Assembly (NCBI RefSeq): GCF_026571515.1
Contig: NW_026862758.1
Location: 1-64,000, forward strand
DNA from: Ruditapes philippinarum
Lineage: Eukaryota
Length of the DNA: 64,000 nt
Reading direction: 5' to 3'
Shown here: one piece after another, positions 40,815 to 52,769 of the stretch
Position numbering within the stretch: the first letter of the stretch is position 1
How the letters are laid out: each line of letters opens with the position of its first letter
Notes under the pieces: model-generated
The model's database searches: none
Told to the model about the DNA's origin: nothing
What the model saw: the letters and a program-made list of their open reading frames with translations, nothing else
Position numbers and translations under genes: made by a program

Positions 40815-42586
40815 CACGGTGATAGGGCGATTACCACAACTTTTCCGCGCAACGTCAAAATATCATCCTTCTGACCGAGACACCGTATATTTCTGGACAA
40901 AATATTAATGGCGGGATAAACAAATTCCAGGTAATAGCTTACAAAATATCTTACTGCTGGACATTGCAAGATTATTCCAATTGTTTAAGTATTCCATCAA
41001 ATTTTTGAGACAATTTATTGTTAATCTAGCACAATACAGTTCACACAAAAACACATACTTCGAAGAAATAGTGTTTACAAAAGATCGTGTGTACCTCAAC
41101 ATGACTCGTACTTGACATAAAAACATGAGTTATAACGACGATGTCTTTGTTCTATGACCTAACGAGCTTGTATATTTATTATGGTTAACCCTAAGTTCAA
41201 GTTCCATACAAAATTGTGTGTTTCTATCGTAAATTTCAAGGAATATTTGTTGAAAAAAGGCCTACTGACCCGAATATTGGAGCACCGTACAACACTGAAT
41301 TCAAACACCGCATTCTTTTTCCGTTAGACAGATAAATACTGGAACCGTCTTCTTTTGAATTATACAATAATCTTACAAATATGTTTTATAATAACTTTTA
41401 TTTGATGAAAGTTTGATGAAAGATTATTTACTTGCTGTTATGTTATGTTGCTGATGTATCATACGTTATGTTATGGAAAATTTCTGAAGATCTGATCTGT
41501 GTTAATACTACCAATTAGAAAAGTGCAATGGTATCTATATATAGATAAGGATGTGTTTTCCTTTTCGAACTTATTCAAACTGATAAACCCCACATGGAAA
41601 GATTGAAGTTCTTGGCAGACTATACCATCAAACAACATCGAGAAACAAAAGGAATGAACTATTTGTTAATGGGAATTTCTTATTGCATACTAATTTGATA
41701 AAGTTGCAAAAGTCATAACACAAATTTTCATGGTGTAGTTTTTGCAGGAACCCGGGCAATATTTCCATAATCTCTTCAGTCATCGTCTCCAATGTGCTTT
41801 TTTTAAACAATCTTTTGCGAAAGTTTGACTTCATATTCTTTTTCTTATGTGGTGCGTTACGCATATCGTCCTGAAATACAGGGAGGCGCTGATCCATTGG
41901 CGTACTGCTGATATCAGAAGACTTAGTTGGGCGCTCACCAGTTGCTGCAGTATCTGCAGCTTTGCGTATTTTGCACGTTGCTTTGGCTTGTTCAGACATA
42001 GGTTTGAACGTCTTCTTTTTCTAAAAGCAAACATTAATATCAACAATCAACGCTGCTAAAAAGACAGCAAAATGCGGTGACTTTAAGGAGGAACAATGCG
42101 GTGCCCTAATCTTATGATTGACGAAGTTGTGCGGTGCCTTAAAATACACACGTGGAAACATAAAAATCATACCAAATATACAAAAAACGGGTTATTTATG
42201 TATTGTAACTTGTTCATACGACAAGAATGTACATATTTATATTGTATTTTGACCAGTTATATGAACTGAACGAACTAGAAATACGTTATAATTCGTAATC
42301 AAAAAAGATTTTTTTCAGTATGCCCTAAATGTTTTCACTATCTTGACTTAATTAATGAAGCATTTTGCATGTAGTAAAGATAAATAAGTTTCAAATTAAA
42401 TGGCACATTCGATGAAAAAGAAAAAAAATGACGATTTTACCTTGTTTTGAGCAAATTATATGCTGTTTTCGTCTCGGTTACAGGCTTGCTATCCATTTTG
42501 TACCACAGAAATATACGGTGTCTCGGACAGAAGTAAGATATTTTGACGTTGCGCGGAAAAGTTGTGGTAATCGCCCTATCACCGTG
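40815..42586. mobile_element. Non-autonomous DNA transposon with CACGGTG termini, ~81-bp TIRs and 5-bp TSD (Transib/CMC-like), nested in a palindromic MITE
   Basis: The first 50 bp of the TIRs are perfect, with 3 mismatches out to 81 bp. TAATG is duplicated at 40810-40814 and 42587-42591. Removing the element restores the MITE sequence AACATAATGGGTTTGCGACC seen in the intact copies. Confidence 0.93.
41600..42050 (-). pseudogene. Remnant coding fragment inside the DNA transposon
   Basis: ORF 41628-41999 (..ILPGFLQKL..FPLTNSSFLLFLDVV*) is protein-like but short, with no DDE motif visible. Confidence 0.4.
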
Positions 42587-43622
42587 TAATGGGTTTGCGA
42601 CCAGCATGGATCCAGACCAGCCTGCGCATCCGCGCAGTCTGATCAGGATTCATGTTGTTCGCTATCAGTTTCTCTACTTGTAATAGGGTTGGTAAGCGAA
42701 CATCATGGATCCTGATCAGACGCAAATCCATTATGTTGGTTTTGTCATGACGCGGCTCAAATGTATTGTAATTGATTAGTTATTGAATCGTAATTGATTG
42801 ATTTTATTAGATGTTGCTTGGTTTGACACGTAGCTCAAAACAAGGCCTCTTTCTTTTCTGTACACGAACAATGTACGTTTTTATTACATGTATTCATAAT
42901 TGGTAGCTTTATTAAAAAAAAAAACAAACAAATGTCAATGTTTCATCGATGTTAGATAAAAATCTTTAATTACAATTTTTATATAAGAGCTAAAAGTTTT
43001 TACACAAATATTTTTTTTTTACTCCTGCACAGTTCAAAATGTCAAACACACTTTAAAAATGCATGAGTCATCTTGAAACATAAACAAAATGCTATTTAAG
43101 GTCATCAACACTCGTTCGTAAATGACAATAAAATAAAAAAATCAAAAGATAGCGTTATAAATAAGATCAAATTAAGATAAGTTTCAATAAAAACTACACA
43201 CTTCATTTCCTATGTAATGGATTTAGACGACTATTAAAACATCAGTAAATTCACGGACAATTAAACGTTCTTTCATCCATGAAATATACCTCTTCTACTT
43301 TATTCACATTTGTTGACAATTTTGACACTGTTAAGAGTGGACAATGCTACTATCGATTCTAACTGGGTCTTTAAATTTACTAAGATTACCATCACAAACC
43401 AGATTTATTTAGTTAACAGAATCTCGTAGATTTTTACTCATTTTTTATTCATATCGTATATGTTTTTAAGTTGATTTATGACATTTTTTATGTTGGAATT
43501 GTGTAGCTCTAAATCGATTTAACGTCATGTTTTATTATAGTGTCTGGGCTATCTTAATAAATTATTATGACAGTACACTGAGATGTTGGAAATAAGTTTG
43601 TCTAGCGGTAAAAATTATGATT

Positions 43623-43858
43623 TGAGCCGCGTCACAACAAAACCAACATAGTGCGTTTGGACCAGCATAGATCCAGACCAGCCTGCGCATCCGCGCAGTC
43701 TGATCAGGATCCATGCTGTTCGCTATCAGTTTCTCTACTTGTAATAGGATTGGTAAGCGGACAGCATGGATGCTGATCAGACTGCGCGGATGCGCAGGCT
43801 GGTCTGGATCCATGCTGGTCGCAAACCCATTATGTTGGTTTTGTCGTGACGCGGCTCA
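43623..43858. mobile_element. Palindromic MITE, copy 5
   Basis: Same family, with the central loop in the opposite orientation to copies 1-3. Confidence 0.9.
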
Positions 43859-44497
43859 TATTTTTTTCATAAGAGAGCGAGACGTCATCTTATTCATACG
43901 TAATTACATTTCCAAATAAACTTCATGTCAGGATCTGAATGTTATTTCTTATATAAGATAACATAGATGATAGCTTAACATGCTGAATCGGAGCAAAGAA
44001 TTTTACCTGCGTTGACTACCAACAGTATAGAGCCTGGCCATACTACCGGATGTGAAGGCTTGCCAGGCTTTATCATGTTGGCAAAGCAAATTACTTTCGG
44101 GTCCAATAAGTTAAGGGGTAACACTTTTGTCACGGTTGGAGTGATTGCAGATTCTGTTTTGTGATTGGAATAATTGGATTAATTCTTTAAACAAAATGAT
44201 GGTCATACTTTTTAATGCCATTCAAGTTTGAACCTCTCGAAGATAGGGATTAATATACAAATACAATACAAATACTTTTATTGCAAATAAAACATTATTA
44301 CAATGTTTATAGCAAAAACAAAACATATATATACATTCATGAAAATGAGATCTGACATGGAATGAAAAAAATAATAATAACACTATTTCCTGAAAGGTCT
44401 TAAAATACTTAGGAAATAGCAGGTTGCACAAAATGTCTTAAATGTGATATTGATACTACATCTAGATGTTAATATGATATTAATTAATACTACATCA

Positions 44498-47400
44498 TCA
44501 AGATATTCTATCTTTATTTGCAAAATATAAAAACTTCGAAAGGTTGTTTAGCTCTATTTTCGATTTAGAATTTAATAAAGACTCAAATTTATTAATTGTT
44601 GGCCACCTACAGAAATATCCCTTTAAAAACTTTTTTCTAAGCTCTCTATATCTAGGACACACCATCAAAAAGTGAAACTCTGTTTCAACTCTGTTCATAT
44701 TACAGGACTTACATAACCGTTGCTCTCGCGGAATATTCGTATATCTTCCGGATTCTATAAATAGCTTATGTGCAGATACCCGAAATTTTGATAAAGTTGT
44801 CATATATTTTCTATCTTGTATACAATCAATATACGCCTCGCGTTCAAAAGTGTGTTTAAATAAACTATAGCTTTGTAATCGCGGAGAATTATTTATTTCT
44901 GCATACCATGACTGCTTATAATTATCCAAGATTCTACGCTTTATCATATCAAAGGTAACATTATCTAGAACTTGGTTGTGCCATACGTAACCGAAACCAT
45001 GCTCTTCGAGTATAGTTTTTACATGTGAAGCCCAATTTTTGTTTCTATACGTGACATTGTTATCCGCGTCAAATTTTAGGACACTGTATGTTTTGAACGT
45101 AAGCGATAAGTTGTCATGCGAAATAAGTTTTCTCCAATATTTCAAAATAGTTATTTTTCGATAAATATTTAAAGGGACTCTACCAAGCTCCCCATACAAA
45201 GCTGATAAATTTGTTGATTTACGTACCCCTAGGATATACCTCAGAAACTTTAAGTGTATCATTTCAATATCAGTGGCTCTATGTGTACCCCATATTTCTG
45301 AGCAAAAATTCAGCACGGATCCAACTAACACATCAAATAAATGAATCTTTTTTGCGTTAGGCAATTCAATTTGTCGAAAAATAGAAAACAAGTTATGCAA
45401 TGAAAACGAGGCATGGTCGGCAATTTGTTTCTGTGTGCGTGCCCAGTTACCATTTTTGAAAAAATTTACACCGAGATATTTAAAGGAGTTCACCAGTTCA
45501 ATTTTTTGACCGTATATATAGAAATCTGCTAACGTACTTCTTCCATTTTCAAAAACCATGGCCTTCGTTTTGTTAACATTTATTTTCATACCCCATGTAG
45601 AGCAGTAATTCTCGATATCGTTAAGCATAGACTGAAGAGATTTTTGTGATGTAGCAAATAAAGCCATGTCATCCGCGTATAATATCAAAAATAGTTTGAC
45701 GTCATCAATTGTTATGACATCATCTAAATCACTGTTAATGTTTTGTGTAATGTCGTTTACGAAAAACATAAACATAAGAGGCGAACTGGGTCTCCCTGTT
45801 TTTAATCCAATGTCAGAAGAAAGAAAGTCAGAGACTTCTGAATTATAACGCACGCATGACTTCACCGCAGTATACATGGATCTTAACGCCATGACAAATT
45901 TACTACTTACGTTTTCATTTATCAACTTTTGCCACAAAAATTGCCTGTCGATTTTATCGAAACACTGCTCGTAATCGATGAAATACAATAGAGTTTTTGC
46001 TTGGAATTTAGTATCTTAGATATGACGGCGTTTAATATAAAGATACAGTCAGTGATAGATTTTCCTTTTGAAAACCAAATTGGTTGTTTGACAATTTATC
46101 ATGTTCTTTCGACCATTTACTCAAACGATTCAGTAATATTTGCGAATATATTTTCGCTATTATATTAATCAGTGTTATCCCGCGATAGTTCTTAGCAACG
46201 TTTATATCACCCTTTTTAAATACAGGGGTTATAATTCCTTGTCCCCATGCGGTGGGATATTCATGGTCATTAAAAATCTTGTTGTATAATTTATTGAGAA
46301 AGGGAGAGATTATGTCAAATGTCGATTTAAAAATTTCAGCGGGAAGATTATCTAATCCCGGAGCTTTATTACTATTTTGCATGAAAACAGCGTCACGGAT
46401 TTCTGTATTAGATATTTCCAAATCCAACGAAATATTATTAGAATTCGAATTTTCGGGGATATGTTGGTCGTTATCGTTTGTTAAACCGCCGCCGAACATT
46501 TCTTGGAAATGTCTTTTTAGCTCATCAATTGTCAGAGAGCTTGCGATTGGAGTTTTCTTTTTATATGACTTCTTAATAGATTTCCAAAAGTCACGCGGTT
46601 GAGAAGATGCCAAGCTACTAATTCTACGACCTTCTTGTATTCTATAATTACGACGCGCTTTCTTTTTTACTTTATTATAACTAGTTCTCGCGCTAACATA
46701 GGCGCAACGGTTATCGTTGTTTTTATTTCTGTTATAATTATTTCGGCATGCACTAAACGTTCGTTTGGCTGTAAAACAGCTGTCATCAAACCATTTTTTA
46801 TTTGAGAAGTCACATTTATTTTTGTTTACAGTAACTCGTTGTGTTTTCCCGAACACATCGTATGTTTGCATTTTCATGAAACTACAAAATTCGTTTACAG
46901 TACAGTCAATCGGTTGAGTGCATACTTCATTCGTTAGGCGGCTAAGTATGTCATGATTATTCATGAGTTTATCACGGAACAGCGGTATTTTACCTGTATC
47001 CCAGACAATTCGATTAATTTCATTACCTGAATTAATTTCCTTATTTTTGTCAATATTTGTGTGAACGATTCTGAATTCGAAAGATATACAAGCATGATCC
47101 GAAAATTCATTAAAATCATGAACCGTAAAATTAAAAACATTATCAAAATCTTGGTATTTCAATAACAGGTAGTCAACTAAACTTGCACCTAGTCGGGAGG
47201 TAAAAGTAACAGCCCCGATACCTAAATCACTGTCAAGCCTACCATTGGCTATCAAATAATTTGTCGCAATGCACATTGCTAGCAAACTCCGCCCACTATG
47301 ATCTAGCACGTGGTCTTGACTTATTCTTAGCGGGATAGATGTAGTGTCAATAAATGGCTGATCACTATCTAAATATTTATCAAAAGTCAAAAAATCACAG

Positions 47401-47906
47401 CTATCGCTGGAACGAGCATTAAAGTCTCCAGAAATGAAGACTTTACCTAACAATTCGTACTTTAAAATACCCTTTTCTACCTCGTCATAAAAATCAAAAT
47501 CATTAGTTTTTAAAATTTTGGAATCTGACGGGGGTATGTAAACATGGCAAATATAAACATCTGTTTTAAAATTAAACAACTGACCTGATATTCTTATCCA
47601 CAATATTCCGTTATCAATACTTTCAACTATTGAAACATATTTTGCTATTTCAGTCTTAAAATACACAGATATTCCACCACTAAAACGTCCTCTAGAGTTT
47701 TGTTTAACCTTAGTTCCATATATATGATATGCCTTATAACCAGTAATATCTAAATTTAATGTTTCTTTCTTAGAAATCCAAGTTTCATTTAAGAAAAACA
47801 AATCAAATGAATCGATAAATTCTATAAAGTCACTGTCTGTAATGTTCCGTTTAAGTCCATTTATATTCCAAAATGCAACCTTAAGTGATTCCCTCTCATG
47901 ACTTCC
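44498..47906 (-). CDS. LINE ORF2: APE endonuclease + reverse transcriptase + Cys/His C-terminus, with small homopolymer indels
   Basis: FWNINGL, LNETW, GDFNAR and SDH (APE). KAPGLD, NYRGITL, QFGFQ, FIDY..FD, YADD and FKYLG (RT). CKSC..ETEFHFLMVC at the C-terminus. Single-base losses near 46066-46069 and 45981-45983, plus a compensating +1/-1 pair at 45788-45803. Confidence 0.9.
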
Positions 47907-48926
47907 CTACTTTGTGGTTGGTAGTTTGAATTCCTCACCGTCGATGAAGAGTTTGGAACCAACAAATTTCACTGCTTTGTTGGCTTTTTTGGCGTCGTTC
48001 ATAGCCGGGTATAAAGGTTTCCTTGCCTCTCTAATTCGTTTTGGCAGCTGGGCTCCTACGCCATATCCCAAGGCTTTTAATGCGGTGTTCTTGTTGAAGG
48101 CAGACTTTCGAACGAGCTCGCGTTCCTTAGGGTAGTGAAACTTCACTACAATGGGTCTTACTTTTTTGTTGTGCTGCGGCCCAATCCGGTGTGCACGATC
48201 GATTGTCACATTGTCCGGAATATCCAGAATGTCCGAGATAATAGATTTCACCAGGGTTTCACTGTCCTCGTTTTTGCCCTTTTCACATTCTGCTATGCCA
48301 TAGAATAGCAAGTTATCCCTCATATCTCTCATTTCTAGTTCCGAAAGTTTATCGTCGAGATCCATTTCTTTTTCAAATAACTTTTTTGAATTGTGCTCAA
48401 AATTGTCGCAGGACTTTTTCAGATTCTTAATCTCCGATTTTGCGAATTTAAGCTCGTCTCGGTGCCTATCAAATTCCGTTGTCAGGAAACTACATGATTT
48501 TTCTGTTTCAGTCACTCTTAGGTCAATCATTTTTAGACTTTCTTCCATGTCGGTGACCTTAACATTTATAACATTCACGGTTTTATCTACTGTTGTTAAT
48601 TTTTCCTTGATAAGTTTCATTTCTTCTAATATTTCACATGCCCACGGAGGCGGCTGTACCGGCTGTACCGGGTTACTAAAACCGGGTGGGGTTGTGTTCA
48701 TAAGTCCAACAAAACCTCCGTGTTGAGAATAAGGAGAAAAAGACATACCACAACTTGTGTAATCCTCGAAGTTAAACCGCTTGTTAGTAGTATTCGTGTA
48801 GTCCGAATCACGATTTACCTGACTGATTTCACTTGTATTTTTACACGTGTCCAAAGGTGATATTACTTTTCGCTTATTTTTCTTCTTTTTGCCTGCACTA
48901 TTTTGGCTATTTGCTATTCCAGACAT
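47907..48926 (-). CDS. LINE ORF1 protein (basic NLS-like N-terminus, coiled coil, RRM/L1-transposase-like C-terminus)
   Basis: 339 aa with KKKKNKRK, a heptad-rich middle, and NLLFYGI..IDRAHRIG..RPIVVKF..KLFIDG motifs typical of LINE ORF1. Confidence 0.88.
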   Translation of the reverse strand: MSGIANSQNSAGKKKKNKRKVISPLDTCKNTSEISQVNRDSDYTNTTNKRFNFEDYTSCGMSFSPYSQHGGFVGLMNTTPPGFSNPVQPVQPPPWACEILEEMKLIKEKLTTVDKTVNVINVKVTDMEESLKMIDLRVTETEKSCSFLTTEFDRHRDELKFAKSEIKNLKKSCDNFEHNSKKLFEKEMDLDDKLSELEMRDMRDNLLFYGIAECEKGKNEDSETLVKSIISDILDIPDNVTIDRAHRIGPQHNKKVRPIVVKFHYPKERELVRKSAFNKNTALKALGYGVGAQLPKRIREARKPLYPAMNDAKKANKAVKFVGSKLFIDGEEFKLPTTK

Positions 48927-51900
48927 AAATAATAATGTTTATACACTGGATTAGAACAAAAATTCCAAGAAGCGCTCGATATTTCACGTAAATAATTAAA
49001 TTTTACTCAGAGCTAAAAAATCCATGTCCATCTCAAAATCATGACCTTGACCTTAAATTAATATAAGATATGTTATATTTCCTTGCTTTACAATTTATTA
49101 TTTTCGGAAACATGTGCCTTTATTTGTTACTTTGGATTGACAGTTGTGTTAAAAAAGATACACATTGCAAACGCAAAAGTACCAATGATATGGTTGTACT
49201 CAAAGTGCGTTGTATTTAAATTGTTTAATAAATACGTACCTGCATGCATATTTTACACATAATAATTAACTGTTGAAAACTGAAATGTTTCTGGTATAAC
49301 ACTAAATATCCAATATGTTTTTTAACCGTATATATAGCAATATAAATCATACGGTTTCCAATAATATAAGGAGTGCTACTACGAATTTGTTTACGCAATT
49401 AAGTTTCTATTAATCAACACTATTAACATTAATGTTTAAATGAAATGATTTTCTATAATATGCAATATTTTACATTTCAGGCAAAGAAAGACACATTATT
49501 TCTTAAGTAGCAAGACATTAATAAACCATTAGATGTATGTGATTAAAAAGTGGTGCGACATGAATCATAACGAGGAAAAGGCGACAAGGAAGAAACACAT
49601 CACCACTGCATAAGGAGAGAAACAAATTAAATATCTAATGTCTTGAAATACGTGTTTGTAGTCGGCACAAAATTAATAACATAGAGGAAGGAAAAGGGTA
49701 TTAATAAGCCTAATATAGTTTGATTTTTAATACCATATATGAACAAAGAGAACAGATAGGCTTTACCAGCAGGGGCATATGGACACAATAAACTAATCTA
49801 TATTTGACACTTGCCATCTCGATATATCTGTGACTTGTTTGATACTTTGAAACATTCAGAAAACAGGCCTCTTATTAATGGGAAAGTTCTTAACAACAAT
49901 TGTTTTTAGAGTAGCAGCACGTGTCGGTAACGAAGTAATGTTGTCCCGTGAGGTTGTCTAATGAAATAAACATACTCTATGTGAATTTGTGTTGCTCTGA
50001 ATAATTAATTAATGTGTTCGTTCGATTATTGTGCTTGATTATAGAATTGACGAGGAGCACTGGAAAAAAGATGTTACTGCAGATAAAAGGTAATTAAAAG
50101 GGAGACTGGCATCGGCGTTTGATGACGATAAGGATATATTACATAGATAGGAAGGATTTCTTTGAAGAGTTTATTGCTAGATAGTTTACATAAATATACA
50201 GTTAAGTTTACTACCTTCTGACTGGATTTGGGCATTTGATTACTCGAGAGTTATTGACAGTAGTCTGTCATATAAATTGTTGATCAAATTTCAAGAAGTA
50301 GTGAATATTTATTGTGATGTGTAGACTTCTTATGGGAATAATATAATTACAGTCCTGCAAGAGAAATCTTCAATTATCTAGAATATGAAGACTTAAATTG
50401 TAAAAAGACAGCAGAAAAAAGTTTTATATTACAAATATAATAATGTATGAGAGTGAATGAAGAGTATGAAAAGGTAGGAAGATAGTTTTTACAGCTATAA
50501 AACCTATGATGGTGACACCAGGGAGACAAATCTCCTCGTAGTTATCATGATTACTTTACCCGATACTTTAAATGCAGAATAAAATAAGGCGTGAATGTCG
50601 CCCGCTACGTTTTGTGAAGTAGCTGTGAACGCCGATAAGCTTATCTATATTTATGTGACAAGACGGATTGACAGTAAAACAGATTCATACAATACGGTAG
50701 GCGCGGTCAGCTTAACGTGCATAAAGTTACTTAAATTATATCACTGTGAAAAAAAAACAACTTATTAGCAGAGACTGTTTGGTGGTGTCCAAAGTCCTAA
50801 GAAAAGGATCACACAAGCTTTTGAGAGGAGAAAATCCCGATTGATTATCGATCTCAAGCTAAAGATTCAGATTTCATTTTTACACCATCCTGTCGTCTAA
50901 TTGTTATAAATCCAATACTTCATGTGGTTAATATAATTGCAAAGGTAATTCGGATTTTACAGCGATGTCCTTTTCGTTTATTTTGTAACAAACCTGTTTG
51001 ATTAACCAATAAACTATTACAGAGGGAGGATTATTGGAAATTATAAACGAGCAACGGGAAACACTGGTGATGCAATACCTGATGAACACGGAAAGCTACA
51101 AAAAGCTTTATGACCCTTAAAAGCAGACTGACATGTCCCGAAATAAGCAAACTGGGAGATATAAAACCACAATCAACATTCTTTCGGCAATACGTGGATC
51201 AATATCGACAAATGAGTCTAACTAATCTATTCAGTGAAACTGATTACAAAAAAGAGATAAAAGAAATAACAAAGTTGAACACGATCGTTTGATGATAATA
51301 TAAAGGAATAATATCTAGAAAAAAAAAAAGAAATTGAACGGATTAATGCTGTCTACCATTCCTGTGTCTAAAAAGAAAATTATTTCTGTTAAGGAATTGA
51401 ATAAATAACAAACCGTCTAGAAAACTTATAAGACACGTTTGATTGACAATTTGTGAATAATCCTGTCAATACTAATATTTAAACGAACATAGAAGAAATG
51501 ATAAATTGTAAACAAACTTAACAAATGTGATAACATGTTCTGTGAAATTTGACCACTCTGCTGTAGGTACTGCTGTATTTCCATGGAAACAATAAAACGA
51601 TGTTAACAGACTAGATATAGTTCAAAGAGTAGATCGATAAGGGCAAGATGTTACTATATTAAATATTGAAACAGACGGACTCTGTGGGCATCGGCCAAAT
51701 TTGGTATAATTCATAGACACGCTATAAAAATGATGATGTGAGACCATGTCGGGATAGAGAGAAAATGAACTGCTTAGACGTTGGCAGACGGTCGTGTAGA
51801 TAAATGTTGAACTTATTTGGAAGACGTCACTGTTGTTCAAGATGGGAATAAATTGAAAGCAAACTTTGCGTGCGTGTAAATAAGGCAGACAATTTAAATT

Positions 51901-52769
51901 ATATTTCGTCATGCTTGCCTATAAATCAGTTGTCTAAGAATGACACTGGGATATAACTGCACGAAGTTTCCATGGTTTTTCTGAGACAACCGTAATCAAT
52001 ACTCTGTTGCATGAACGACAATTAATATCTTCAAAAAACATTTGGAATATTTGGAATTTGAGCTTCAAATAACATGTTACGTGTTAACAAGAAATCAAGC
52101 AAATTGTCATGAAAATGGAATCAAAATTTAAAGCGGTTTAATTTAATTCTCAATCTCAAATCGAGAATTATTTTTATATCCTTCTAAAGTTTCCGGATTA
52201 TTAAAATTTTGATTTATTACCGAAAGTTAATAATCGACATTATTGAATATGCGATGCAACTTATTGCGTATTTAATCTTAAGAGAAAACGAAATTTTGCT
52301 TCGTCACGTATTGGAAATTATGCATCTATTGGATCCCGTGAAAGGGGTTTAATGGTTATTTCGAAATCTACTAGAGATTTTATGTAAATGATTCTTCTAC
52401 ATAAAATTTTAGAAGATATTGGATTTGTAAAGAGGTATTGATTGAGTATCACTCTTACATAACACAATATAAAATAATGGTGGACCGTCTTATAATGTGT
52501 TGCTATCTTGTCTTATTAATGGAGGCACCATATCCGATTTAATAATGCTAAATTAATTTCTTAAACTTGGATAACATTGGGCGTTGTTTACATGTGAAGA
52601 AATTCGCAATGCTGTGGTAAAGTATGGCGAGTGTCAAAACATTTCGTTCAAAATAAATATTTATTTTTAGCACGTGATGTGACATAAAGAATAATTGTTA
52701 TTTTATAAAAGTGACTTATTTATTTTTGAATGAAAGTTGTAAAAATTTAATTAATATTTGAAGGACAAA

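Larger units (their letters stand above)
40784..42759. mobile_element. Palindromic MITE, copy 4, split by the DNA transposon
   Basis: Left part 40784-40814; right part 42587-42759 with an internal deletion. Confidence 0.9.
44258..49056 (-). mobile_element. Full-length non-LTR retrotransposon (CR1/L2 group LINE)
   Basis: ORF1 and EN-RT ORF2 are present. The 3' end has AATAAA followed by a (T)TTGTA microsatellite tail (plus strand ~44256-44282). Candidate 9-bp TSD ATTAATATA at 44249-44257 and 49057-49065. Confidence 0.9.
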
